A stretch of 64,000 nt of DNA, taken from assembly GCA_973895155.1 (NCBI GenBank), contig OZ316892.1:28296307-28360306 (forward strand), read 5' to 3'. Numbering within the stretch: the first letter of the stretch is position 1; each line of letters begins with the position of its first letter. Under the pieces are notes generated by a model that was not told the DNA's origin, made no database searches, and saw nothing but the letters and a program-made list of their open reading frames with translations. This DNA is from Marsupella aquatica (lineage: Eukaryota > Plantae > Marchantiophyta). Position numbers and translations under genes: made by a program. Shown piece by piece: positions 13,495 through 26,140 of the stretch.

Positions 13495-15199
13495 TTAATC
13501 TAAGATACTTATTTTCAATAGTTCTTTCAGGACAATTGATTGACAGGATTCTGCAAGTTCCACTCGACATCCATAATACGAGGCAAAAGATGAAGTATGC
13601 CTAAATCTAAAGTTACTTATATATAATCTCGCCGGACCAAAGTCTAGTGGAGAGTCACAATTAAGAATTTCATTGCAAAATTTTATTACAATGGAAATTA
13701 TATGCTGCCCCAGTAAAGACCCTCTATGCACTTCTGCTATTATGCTTAGAACTTTTGCAGCCGCATGTGTGGTACTATTTAAGACTTGTGCAATCTCAGC
13801 CTTGTTAGAACTGTTAAGAGGGGTGATTCCGCAAAGACAAAGAGAAGCCATAGCAGCATGGATGAACGACGCCTCGATCCAACCTTTCCCTCTTTTGTCT
13901 TTTTTCGATATGCCACCCTTCTTTCGACGCTTTGTAGCATGCGAGGTACCAACTGTGTCAGGTTCTTTGTCCAACTCGATCGAAAGTCCAATGCAATCAC
14001 TCATTCCACTTGTTAGTTCCGCAAGTCGTTTAAGTAAAGTATTTACGTCAGCAATGGCGTTGACTCTCCACTCGGTCTTCAGCTGCATTTTCAGTTCTTC
14101 CATTTGCATCTGAGTATCGTTGTAAGGCGTTCCAAGCGAGCGCTCGAATTGACATCGACAACACTCACATCTGAAAACTCCGCACAATACAGCCATTCAG
14201 TATGTCAACCAGCCATTCATTACTCACTAAGTAACTATATTTTTAAAGCATCCACTGACGTTCGGTAGTTCACCTGAATCCAAACTTTTGGCAGTTCGCG
14301 TCGCGGACAGCAAGAGGCGCAAATATGTCGAAGTATGGAACAGTGAGCTCTTCCCCGGCTGCAATGTCCGTGGCAGCGCGAATGAACATTGCTTGCCCGA
14401 CTCGCCTTCGATGGCAGTTGGGCGCACATGAGTGTTTGATGTGGGACACTAGGAACCATAATCCCCACCACTCGAGCTTTTCCACCTGCCGCAGTTCGTC
14501 TTCGGTGAACCTCCTCACCCGGGTGCAGATTGCATTGTTGGCAACAATGTCGCCAACAATGTCCTTCAGGAGCCGGCTGAGTTCATCAGGTCGTCCGTGT
14601 GAGGACGAAGAACTAGCTCCCAGTAGACCTTCAGGAGATGACGCTATAATGCTCATGCAGTCTTCAGCAAATAATTCAGGGCTCGTAACCTAGAATAACA
14701 ATGGTTAGCCACAATTGTGCTCCTTAAAGTCGAACCACTTGTCTGTACTTGGTTTCTCGACGTACGACAAGTACAATGAGAAATTCAATTTGCGAATGAA
14801 CCAATTATGGTAACGGAGGTTGTGAATACATACAGGTTTGCGGTCTGGTCCATCTGGGTGGGCCAGAGAATATCTGAGCCTCGTCGTGAGATCCTCCTTG
14901 ACTATTGAAGGCAGTGAAGGACATGGCAGCACATCGGAGCTGTACGCGCGACATGGAATGACGGCATTGTCGACAATTAACAGATCACCGGGCGTCGCAC
15001 AAACTTTCAAGAATATCCCAGAACCTGTTTTCTCTGAGGAATCTTCTACTCGGATAGAGGAATGGATCCGTGCGAACTTGTAACTCAATGTCGCCTCCGA
15101 ATCACCGGATTCATAAAACGTTCGAAGAATTCTCTCGTTCTCGTCAAATCTAGTTGCAATTTCTTCCAATGGCAAACTTGCCATAAGTGTTCGGTACAT
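13495..15199 (-). CDS. SET-domain protein lysine methyltransferase-like, ATXR1/SDG35 (SMYD-class) type; 3 exons, 485 aa
   Basis: Exons 15199-14834, 14689-14274 and 14170-13495 splice in frame (GT-AG). Motifs GSGIFLK, GDLLIVDNA, GLWFLVSHIKHSCAPN, DIAAGEELTVPY, post-SET FGFRCECCRCQFE. The 5' end may extend further upstream. Confidence 0.8.
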
Positions 15200-15499
15200 T
15201 GTGGTGATGGGCAGAATCAGAATTAACAGAAAATCACAAAGAGACTCAGATTTATGGTGGAGTCAGGCGCGCGGGTGGAAAATTCCTTTATAGTGGAGTG
15301 GAGTTTCGAAATCCGAGCAGAGATATCGTTGGAACGACGTTGAAAGAGAGCCCAACGCCAACAAATAGCTCGAATGCATTCCACAGTTCTGCTCTCAGTT
15401 CCATTTGAATGCGTTCTGTTGGCTGGGTTGGAATGAAAGGAGGACAATAATTTGGAACGACTCGCTCACTGATCTTGGGTAAGGCAGGCCCAATTTGAA

Positions 15500-15632
15500 T
15501 GCAAGACTCTACTAGTAACTGTGATGGCGCGGATAAAGCTGAAAACAAACGGGACGTGGTGGTCAATCAAATGCGGAAAGACATTGAACAGCTTCTGTCT
15601 ACTGGCCAGGACCCAGCGCTTGCATCCGTGTA
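15500..15632 (+). pseudogene. Relic of an IST1-like exon 2 (frameshifted)
   Basis: Encodes CKTLL...MARIKL/NKRDVVVNQMRKDIEQLLSTGQDP and aligns to 45092-45224, including a following GT donor; contains indels. Confidence 0.8.
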
Positions 15633-16094
15633 CGTCCCTCAACACTAATCCAGCGTCTATTAAGATACTGTAGTGTATGGAGAACTTTCTCGCCACTAGG
15701 ACAATTTACTCAAGAGCGACAGACTGTATCTTTCGTTATCTTATACACTTACTGTAGCTGGTTACCATTTTCTTACCACTAACCAAAGGTGCTTGTTACT
15801 TGTCTTTTTCCCTTGCTCCAATTTGGGTTTCCGTGTCGTAACGCAATCCAATTATTGTTCATCTTTCTTAATTCTTAGAGTGACCTACCGAGGCTCTTCA
15901 CCTACAATTGTGGGCTGAGGATCTCTCGTTTGCCCTAGACTACTTCAAAGTGCAACTCACCATCAATGTTTCCTTCAGTTTACATTTGCAATTCTGGCGT
16001 TTGTTCTTCAATTAAATATCAAATAACCCTTTTTTTTGTCTTGAACTGAAATGGGGAGGAAATACAATTAGACTCCCCCCATCCCAATGTGACA

Positions 16095-16350
16095 ATTTTT
16101 CTGTAGGGAACCCAGACCAGGGTGAGCCCCACTGATCCGACAGACCCGCACCAGGAAGGAGAGAGGATTATATCAGGGCCACAAAGTGGACGACCAGGGG
16201 CCGAGCAGATAATCAGAACTCCAATCCACTACATACAAAACCCATCCCACGCACACACATATACCCTCCACACCCCAGTGTGTGGAGGGGGGATTGAACC
16301 TGGGACCTCTCAGTTCCAGGCAAATCCCCTAGCCAATTGACCTAAGCCAA
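16095..16350 (-). mobile_element. tRNA-derived SINE-like element
   Basis: Minus strand has an A-box-like TGGCTTAGGTCAATTGG, B-box GGTTCAATCC, a GT-rich body and a LINE-like tail ending CCCTACAGAAAAA. Confidence 0.6.
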
Positions 16351-18084
16351 TTGGTTTTAGATAACCCTTTTGAGTGTGAGATTTTGTGGGACCCCAAACT
16401 GTGCTGTGGTTCTCTATTGCTGCTTTGGTGAATCTGTATTTGTATTTTTCTGTATACATGTTCATTCTCTATACATGCTCCATGTATGGACATTGCCCAT
16501 GGGGCCTGGCCCTGAGTGGGTTATAGAATGTAATTGTCAAGGGAGGTTAGCCCGATGGGCTGTAAAAAACCTCTGAAGGGACCATGGATTACTGGGTGTA
16601 ACCTGAATGTATCCTTTCCCTATTTTGCCTGAAATGTTTTATCCAAATCTTATACAGGCTGGCCAGGGGATGTCTGAAGTCTCATAACCCCAGGGCCAGA
16701 CTAGCCAGGGTGAGGGGATTACAGGTGACAACTGTGAACAAACTGCAATGACAAGGGGTTGAGAGGTTTACAGAGGAAGCAAATGTGTCATGAAAACCTG
16801 ACACATTGTTTTCTTTATTTCAGGGTAAGAGTAGAAGATGAGCCTGCCATCTTCACAACTCTTATTAGGCTGTCTGTGTACACCAACCCAGCCACCCCAA
16901 CTTGCATGTTTGCACATATTTATGCAAATTGTATCAAGGTTAGAGAGGTGTTGGGTTGTCACCCCATGCATGTTGCATTGGGTGCAACTTTGTTAAGTTG
17001 TTTTATTATGCATGTGTGAGTTTGAGGGGATGATCTGTTGTAGCAAGACACCTTGTTGGGGTGACCCTTTCATCCTGGTCACCATGTCTTGTGCCTGAAG
17101 GGGGCATACCATGGAGAATGAGGATTGAGTCCTCATTATTTCCAGTAGAGGCTTTTGGCACTAGGAAGGTCTTGTATAATGTGGCTATGGTGTGTTGAGA
17201 ATGCAGCTATGCCGATCGGAATCTGATTAGAATGTAGAGCACATTAGGCAAGCCAGGTTTTGCTATGTGTATAGACCTGGAGTCCCACATGGCTAGCGAG
17301 TGGGTTTGACTTGACTAATGCAATGTGATTCCAATCACACAAGATCACTTGAAAGAATGAGGGGTTAAGTTCATTGGAGTATGCATATCAAAGGAGGGGC
17401 TCAGTGGAGTTTTCATTGGTGATATGTTCCCTAATTTGCTCATGGTTGGTGCAATTATTGGTGGGCATTCATTGATCATGGTTTTGAGTTCTTGGTTGGC
17501 AATGATTATTTGAGTGTGGAAGTGCTATCAAAATCCAATGAGAACATTCATATTAAACTGTGATATATTTTTAAAATTTGATTAGTTGAATGTGGAGAGA
17601 TATTCCACGTAATTTGCACTTAGAGCTTTTGTGACGGGATACCCGTCCCCAAAGACCACCCTTAATTGGTTACGGGGTGTCGTTAATGTAAATACACCAC
17701 ATGTAAATAGCCTATTTCCAACTTTATTTTTCATAACTAAGTTCGTGATTCCTTGTGTTCACGGGGGCATTAGAGGGGTCGGCACACTTAGAGTCGGGGA
17801 GTAACCCAGTTTTCCTTTATGGTCCCTTGAGGTACTTTGGAGTTGGCCATGCCAGGAAAATAGAGTTACTTAGTTTTCTCAATGGAGTCCCACACTTTGT
17901 TTTGTGTAAACCCCGGCAGTTTAGACCTTAGCTAAATGATTGGAGGCCTTTAGAGGAGGGAGTATATTAAAACCCCAATTGGGAAGGGCGTGGTCAGCAG
18001 TGAAAGGGGGGCGCGATGAGGCAAGTCGGGGGAAGTTTTTAGGCCCGGCAACGAAAACAAGCGGGATCCGGGAGCGAGCCGGGG

Positions 18085-18240
18085 GAGCCGGCCTGAGGGA
18101 GCACGCCCCAGCAGCAAGGCGGCCAGCAGCAAGACGGCCAGCAGCAAGGCGACCTGGGTGAGGGAGCCCCGGCAGCAAGACGGCCTGAGGGAGGCGAGCC
18201 CCAGCAAGACGGCCTGAGGGAGGCGAGCCCCGGCAGAGGG
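18085..18240. repeat. GC-rich imperfect tandem repeats (15-bp ccagcagcaag(g/a)cgg and ~29-bp cagcaagacggcctgagggaggcgagccc units), probably a retroelement leader remnant
   Basis: Repeats seen directly; preceded by TATA-like gagtatattaaaacccc. Confidence 0.6.
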
Positions 18241-20563
18241 GCGGACGCTAGTGCTGTTCAAAGCGGAAAACAGCACCAGCTCCTCCCTGTCACAATGTGC
18301 ACTTGCAGAGCTGAGCCCGCTCCATGAACATTTCAGTTTCAAAAGTCACGCCCTCCACATTGCGTCCCCCGTGTATGTTAAATAAGAGATTTCCGCCCTG
18401 TGTTGAATGATACTCATAGAAGTGGTTGCTCTCTATCCCGCTACGAATCTTCGACGAGTACGCACCGATACTAACATGTTCTCTGAGCATGATGGTCGAT
18501 CACTGTTTTATTTAATTGATCAAAGTGTGCAACGGACAGCGTCGAAATCATGCGTCGATCGACTAATGCGAACGATGCTGCAACGTATTTCATAAATTCA
18601 ACCGCAACGCCAATATCGCAAGGTTACTGTCTTGAGTTGACGAAGCTTACTGTACGACTGTACGTTGAGTCTCGAATCCAATCCTGGCTGTATCTTCATT
18701 CCAGTGCCTAGCTAGGATAGTGTTAGCCTGCAGATTTCCCAGCTGCAGCTGCTGCTTGGATTGAACATGCAGCGGACTCTATCTGAATTTGTACTGAGAA
18801 AGAGGGGCCATGCAGTAGCTTAGGTTCGACTAGGAAGAGTCACACGAGTTATACATCTGAGCACAAGTTGATGACATGCTAGTGATGTGATGTGAGTGTG
18901 TTCTTCAAAGCGCAAACGTCTCTCGCAACGCCCCCTACTTATATCTACTGCGCGTGACTCTTTGAGCTTACATTAGCGTTGAATGAACGTCCAAGCGCAG
19001 GACCTTGAGGAACATTATATTGCAACCGCGACAGAGCTCAGCGAAAATTTGATCAAGACGGGAGTCAAGGAAGCACAAAAGTTTACACCTCGGCTAGCTC
19101 TTGAAACAACCATGGTGCTCTCGGGACCTCACGCACCATAATTATACTTCTTGCCAGACAATAATTTCGTTTGGCACCGGCTTCGGCTGTCTTTTGTTTC
19201 CCACCCGTTTTCTAATGCCACGAATGCCCCACATTTCAACCTGTCCGAAGCCCTCCAATCCCGTTCAACCCGTGCGTTCCAGTCTGACTGCACCTCCCCT
19301 CGCAGGAACTGTGAAGTGTTGTTGAATCCAATTGCTGGCTGCGTTCCCAGACACTGTCTCCACTGAGTTGCTCCTGCTTTTTGGGCCACTCCCTTTTCTT
19401 CACCGCCGTCCAAAGTTTTGTCGAGTGTGTAGTGTCGTTGCGGTGACTTACCTTAATTTGACCTCCAATCCTACCCAAGGTTTCGAAATACCACTAGGTC
19501 GGAAGATGAACTCTACGATCTTAGAATTACGGTGATCAGATTTCTTTACCTAGCCCAAGACCTTAACGAGACAGTAACAACAATGACTACGATAGCTCTC
19601 CTCGCCGGGCTTCCTGTACTTCTTGTACTGGCTTCTGTGTGCAAGCTAGCTGTTGCTCAACACAGGATTCTACGTGATATACAAATTGGAGCTCGAGGGC
19701 AATCCTAGCCACGATAACGTACCCTTGGCGAAAAGGCGGCAACCCACAGTTTATCAACCGCCTCATGAATTCTGGAACCTGCCTCATGAAAATCGAGCAA
19801 GTCCACCATGCTACTGGAACTTGCTCGATTTTCATTGTGTCGACTGTTATTATCTATCTAGCCACCTGAGTTTGCGACATCATGGCTACCTCTTGGCATG
19901 TGTGCAGATGCGGATTACTATGCAACTGGGACTCGGGTGCAAGTCGAAATGTGGGTAGAAGGTGCTGCGAATCACAACAACGTCCAGATTGAATCTGACT
20001 GAAGTGGTGTGGGTTACGACAACGCTGAAGCGGCGTGGAAATTTCTTAACTGTGTACAAGACCCTGACGCAAAAAGATGGCGCAGTGTTGATCACCATTT
20101 GTCCCCAGTGAAATATTGGTTGAAGTTTGCGAATCTCTCCATATATTTGTGTTTTCCAGGAGAATCTTGTCAGTCTCCTGAGAGAAGAGCCAGGAAGTCA
20201 TTGCTCAGGAAAAATTAGAAACTATGGACAATTTTTCGTTTGGACTGGTAGTGAGATCCACCAAGATTTCCTTCTGGGTCATCATAAGTCTTGTCAATTG
20301 CATGATAACAGCTTCATCTGCTCCATCACAAATATGTCAACTTATGAATCGGGTGAATTATCGTCGTCATGTGTGTCTAAGTTTTGTTCCTTTCTAAATT
20401 AAGCCCCTACGAGGAATTCATAAAATATGTTCATTGAGTGGGACCTTGACCAGTACTACGACGACTATTCCATTCTGGCAATTCTAAGTACTTCAATATG
20501 ATTGATTAAAATTTAATTGCCATGCAAGTAAAGCTGTGAATGATTTCACCGAATGTTGAAAAA

Positions 20564-21930
20564 CATTTCCGCACACAATTGATATCCGTGGCTATGGGTA
20601 GGTACTAAGATCGTTGCTTTGTACCAAATGGTCTACTACGACAGAAGTTGGGCCTCCAACTTTGTACATCGACTATTTTCAGGTTTAACTCTGTCTGTAC
20701 AGGCCTACAAAAGAATTCGGCTTTCCTTCACTCTTAATTGTCTTCGGAAAATCCAGAGACTGCATTTGTCATTCTCATGGCACCCAGACAGAGTGACATC
20801 AGCACAATCCAAATTCTAGCCGAGAGATGAACGTGGGCAGTGTTCATTCAGACTTTTCTGGTACATAAGTAGCTCCGAATTGAAAGAAATCCATACTTCA
20901 TGGACGTCTACAGTAGTCCAGGGAATGACCATACGATTCACACAATTAGCCGATTTGCCGCCAGCGGAAATAAGAGAGAAGGATAGAGAGGGGACTGTAC
21001 AGATGCTGTTGCTCGGCAACAAACACCTCAGCGAAGCTCCCATAATTGACGAACCCACAAACGGGGTCACCCACCTCCACTCTAGTCACCTTCTCTCCAA
21101 TCTCCGTCACAATTCCCGAAAAACCCCCCCGGGAACGAATGGCAGCTTGGGCTTCTCTTGATAGAGGCCCTGCAGCGTCAGCACGGTGGAGAAATTCACA
21201 CTCCTGGCCTTAACCTGTACTCTCACGGATGTGGGCGTTGCAAGCACGGGTCGGGGCCATGATGTCTCCTCAACTGGACACCTCTCGTCCGACAGAGGAA
21301 GCCTCGGATTGCCCAGCTTTCTCACAACCAGAGCTCGAATTGTTTCTCCACCTATCTCTATTAAATGGTTACAGATCTCGCACCTCTTGTTGAAAAATTT
21401 TCAACTTCTCCTTACTACAGTCAAGCTCGAATCGGCTCTCAGCTCATGAGTTTCTAATGTTGGCAGATTTGGTGAGGACACGCAGAGCAGAGCAGAGCAA
21501 AATGCAGCTCAGATTGAAGGAATCTGCTGGAGGACTGAATGAAAGTCCCAACGGCGAAAAGCACGAGGTTTGGTGCTGAGGTGGACACTTACTTGGATTC
21601 AAAACGTTAAACCACCACTGCCAGTATAGCAGCCTTTCTGGTAAACGTGTAGAGTAACCCATGGTTTATGTATAGGGTAACCACGGTTTGGTTTGGGGTT
21701 ACTCTTGACCAGAAAGTGAGTAAATACTATCCCGTAATCCTGTGACCAGAAAGTGAGGAAATGCTGCCCGGCTGCAGGCGAGAATCTTTTCTGAGCTTAG
21801 TGGGAACAGGTTTGAGACTAGAACTCCAACCCAAACAGTCATTATCACAGGTGATACCTGTCTGGACAAAAAACTACCAGGTAAGACTTTTCGGGTACAT
21901 GGTTATGGAAATGATAGCACCTAGTGGAAA
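20564..21930. repeat. Duplicate of 1-281 joined to 3884-~4900 (segmental duplication copy B)
   Basis: catttccgcacacaattgatatccg at 1 and at 20564; junction TGTTCA at 20841-20846. Confidence 0.95.
21001..21355 (-). pseudogene. Quinone oxidoreductase-like pseudogene, exon 1 only
   Basis: Near-identical to 4046-4401, but ATG became ATA, there is a 1-bp deletion near 21123, and exons 2-6 are deleted. Confidence 0.93.
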
Positions 21931-23688
21931 AGGTTACACACTGGTAACAGGAATTACAGGATGTAAAATTGGTAGCAGGCCCAAATGGTGTTTATGGGAT
22001 GTAAAATGGGTGGTGAGCCCACATGGGATTTATGGGGATGTAATCTGGAGGGAGGCAAGCTTGAGGAGGTTAGAGCCATGGTCCTAGAGCATCCATGGAT
22101 GAACAAGCTGAGCCCATGTGTAGTTTTAATCTATTTATAACCTGAAAAGTGTGCCTGAAATTGGATAACCCTCCTGGCGGGTTAGACAAGGGGGCTGAAA
22201 TCTCATAACCCCCGCTGGTAGTTGGGCAATGGCTCACTAACACCCTAGCAATACAAAGAAAAAGGGACACTAGGGGTCTATGCACATTAAAAGGCAACAC
22301 CTGGTGTATTGTGTCACGGGCTCACAAGACTGCTCACAAGAGTAAAACTTTTTGTGAGCAGTCTTGTGAGCAGTCTTGTCTTTACTCTACTAGAATTTTG
22401 CATGAGTTTATCAGAAAATGTACAAATGTAAACTTAATTAGGGGTTTTGCAAATATAAAGTTGTTGTTTCGTGAATGATTCCAGGCCTGTTTGCACTTAG
22501 AAAAGGTGCAAAAAAAATTGCAAACTAGGTCAAGTTAAGAGAAGACATAATTCCTTGCACTCGTAGATTTTGCACACAAAGAGTAAACTGTAGTGTGGCG
22601 TTGGGCAAGAATTTAGGAAGGATGAAAGGGTAAACATTAGATTCTGTTTTATTTTTAATTTAAATTGTATTTTTTTATTTTCAAAATAACAACATCCCAT
22701 TGAAACTAAAGCCCGGATGGACCTCCACTTTGTCTATGAAGCCCAGGCAGATGGATCGGCAAAGCTTGGATGGACTTGCTCAGAACATTTAAACTGACTC
22801 AGATAACACTATTTACACTTTTGATTGAAATGCAACCTGTAAACTGTCTCCTTACCGTTTGTAGCCGGTTTCAATTGCATTACCAAATTGGTTTTCTCGG
22901 AAATCTGACAACTTGACGACCTTGAACCTGAAAGATGTCAAGACGTCATGCCATTACTCAGGATCACCATGACATCTTAACTACTTTCTCCCCAAGGTTG
23001 TCAAAGTTGTGAACTGTGATCTACAACCGGTTCTTTAAATTTCTTGTTTTTTTTTAAACACCAATCCCTTTACGCAGTCCATGGGGATGGGCAGGGATGT
23101 TGTTTCGGCCCATCTGGGCTTTTGTTTCACATTCCATTTGTAGATCTCACTGAAGAGAGCTATTGTATGATGCAAGCTCAAACAGGAATTTTAGGAGACT
23201 CTTGCTAGCGAGCCACTAATGTTTTATTTTTATTTTTGCACAGTCACTCTTTCATATTTGTAGTGCATTCTTAAGACTCCAAATGGCTAGCTGCTAGTTT
23301 GCTAGCCAAAAGAGTCCCCAAATTGGATTTTAATACTAACCAGGTTTTGGTTAGCTAGGGAGTAGCTTTGCTAGGGTAGTGGGGTTTTTTACTCATAACC
23401 GTAAGGTTTTTACCATTTTACTTTTTTTAAAAGTCAGAGCATTCTGGAACCCACACACAACACCCAGGGGGACAAGAAAAGCTTCAGGCAAGAGCCAGAA
23501 GTCAGACCCAACCCAACAGCAAAAACAAACCAACTAATTAGACCTCCTGGCTTGGGGGTCTCACTACATAGAGGCCTCCCATCACCTACGATGTTTTTAA
23601 GCCCTGCACCCCATAAAATGTTAAAAAAAAATGTTTTTCAAACCCTATAAAGTTAGAATATTCTTGGAATGGATTTTTTTGTGAAGGA

Positions 23689-26140
23689 ATGTGTGATGGA
23701 GCTCACGGGGAGCCTGGCGATGGCGCTCCCTTAGGGATGCGCCGTGGCTGGAAACTGTGGGATTCGAGAGAGGAAAGGATGCATGTGGAGATGAGCGCTG
23801 ACCAGGGTACCAACCAGAAGATGAGATCCGCAAACAGCAGGGCAAACAGAAATGGGAGGAGGGATTTAGCTAGGAGAGAAAGCAATCAAACGACTGACAT
23901 GGAGATCCAATCGCCACGCGACACTAATCAAGGGGACAGACCCTTGTCCTCGAAAGACCAAAACTCGAGTATGGAAGATAGCACAGCAATAGTGCAAGGA
24001 GTGGGCGCCAAAAGAATCGATCAAGGATGGCCCTTGCAAGAGATCACTCTGACAAACAGGAACATCACCACACTGAACAGAGGATCACGGAACAACGAAG
24101 GAAATGGCAAGGGGGGCAGTGTGATTGAATCGAGGCTTCAGAACTCTGACATTGCTCCAGGGCAACTCACGAGCAGCTGGCAGCCAGGTACGAACAGGGA
24201 GCCACAGAGCATTAAACTTGGGAAGGAGCTCCCTGCACCTCTACTGCAAGGGGCGGTACGGGAAAAGGGGACCAGAGGCAAGATACACGCAGCTGAAACA
24301 ACAAACCCTGAGGGCAGCAACAAAGAAGGTAGAGAGTGTCGTGGAATCGGTGGAGGGACCCAAGGTGGGGGACGAATTGAATACCAACATGGGAGTGCGG
24401 ACCCACACACTGTTGCAGGGGATGATGGAGACCAGGGAAGGTCTGGAAATTTTGGGTTCCTGGACCCCGCCTGGGATCCGGAAGAGGATGACGACGCTGG
24501 GTGCTATCCAGAGGATGACGAAGAGGAGAACCCCTACAATGACAACTTGGATAAGGAGGCCGGTATGCACGTCTCTAATGAAGACTTGAGGGAGCAGCTT
24601 GCGCACTTACCACAAGTGCCAGAGAAGCCATCGCCAGGGATGAGGTCAGAAACCTTGATAGGTGATAAGAACATAGTTGCTAGCCATATTTTGCACTTAC
24701 AAAATCGAGGGATTACTGTCTACACTGTGGATTTTAATCCCTCGAGGGATTTTTTTGAAGAGTGGGTCCACGATGTCATAGGACGGAAAATGCGGATCCG
24801 CATTGAGCAGATCAAAGTACTTTCAAGGTACACTTTTCTGATTGTGGTATCTACACCTGAGGAGAAAAATGTGATCCTGCTGGAACCGTACCTCAGCATG
24901 GGTAGAAGAATGGTCATTGCCATGCCATGGACTGCGGATTTTGATGCAAAGGCTATGAGATCCACTAGGGGGCCAGTATGGGTTGATCTGCCGCTCCTCA
25001 ACCCCGCGTTCAAATACTATGCCAACCAGATGCTTGCTAAAGTTGGCAAGGTACTCTACGCTTAGACTACCAATGCTAGAAGTAAATTCTCACATATCCG
25101 TGGTTGTGTCCTGTGTGACCTCAATTCTGATCTTGTGGAATATATAGATATGACCATTCCAGGTGTGGGCAACTATAGAGTTGATGTCATCTATCGTACC
25201 CTGCCAGATGCCTGCTTCGCTTGTAAACAAAGAGGGCACATAGCACGTTACTGCACAAACAAGAGCAACATGGAGAAAGGGAACGACCAACCACAACATG
25301 CTAAGGGGGCAGGCAGACAACCAGGAAATAAAGGGAACACGCAAGAGAAAGTGGACGCTGAAGGATTCACATTGGTCCACAGCAGAACTCAGAACAAAAA
25401 CCCAAACAGAGTGGCCGTGGCGACCGCTTACCAAGATGTAGGCAGCAACCCTTTCGGTGCCTTAGCTGTGCTCACTGACCTTGAAGAGGGGGAGATTGAA
25501 CCAGCGCAACAGGTGCTAGATGTAGCCACAGGGCAAGATCACCCAAACCAAACGTGTGATCAGGAAAGGGGGGATCTTGATCAGCAGGCTCTTATTGAGG
25601 AGAACAGGGATTCCGGGGAAGCAGCGAAACTAGAGGATACGACCCCAATTGACAAATGGAACTACGAGTTTGCTGGAACTTGGCAATGCCACTCACCCAG
25701 TAGTAGCAGAAGAAGCAGACCACATGGAGACTGAGATGGTCAAGAATGCTAGGAAAGCCGCTACTTCCCCTACCACGGGTTGGGGAGGTAGAAACGGAGC
25801 CTCTCCAACCAAGGCTGAGACACCAGCAAGACAGCAAACTAAAAAGACGAAGAAGAGTTTACAACCATCAGGGATTCCTACCTTCGCGAGTGATAGGAGT
25901 ATGGCGGATGTCCTTCCTGAAGAAATCCCTTACAATGACACCCAGAGAGCGGGGGGAACGGAACCACGTAAGCTCAGGTTTGACCAGAGCTCACAGAACT
26001 CCACCATTGATGCAAGCAGGAAGAATCAAAGGGGAGCTCCAGAGATCATCCGAAAAGGGAAGGAACTTCAAGCAACCACAGGGGAGGAGGGGAGCCAGCA
26101 AAACGGGACCCAGGTCCCACAAACCAACACCCATTTATGA
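23689..26140 (+). pseudogene. LINE ORF1 (DUF4283-like RNA-binding region plus CCHC zinc knuckle), disrupted
   Basis: IKVLSRYTFLI...MPWTADF...PVWVDLP, CFACKQRGHIARYC; in-frame TAG at 25063 and a frameshift near 25650. Confidence 0.85.

Noticed and set aside
14270-14707. SET gene as a pseudogene (stops at 14270 and 14705)
   Set aside because: Both stops fall inside GT-AG introns and the spliced frame is open
16263-16350. tRNA gene
   Set aside because: A B-box is present but there is no convincing cloverleaf; a SINE head fits better
19100-20400. Possible gene remnant upstream of duplication copy B
   Set aside because: Short ORFs with no recognisable motif; no gene model can be supported
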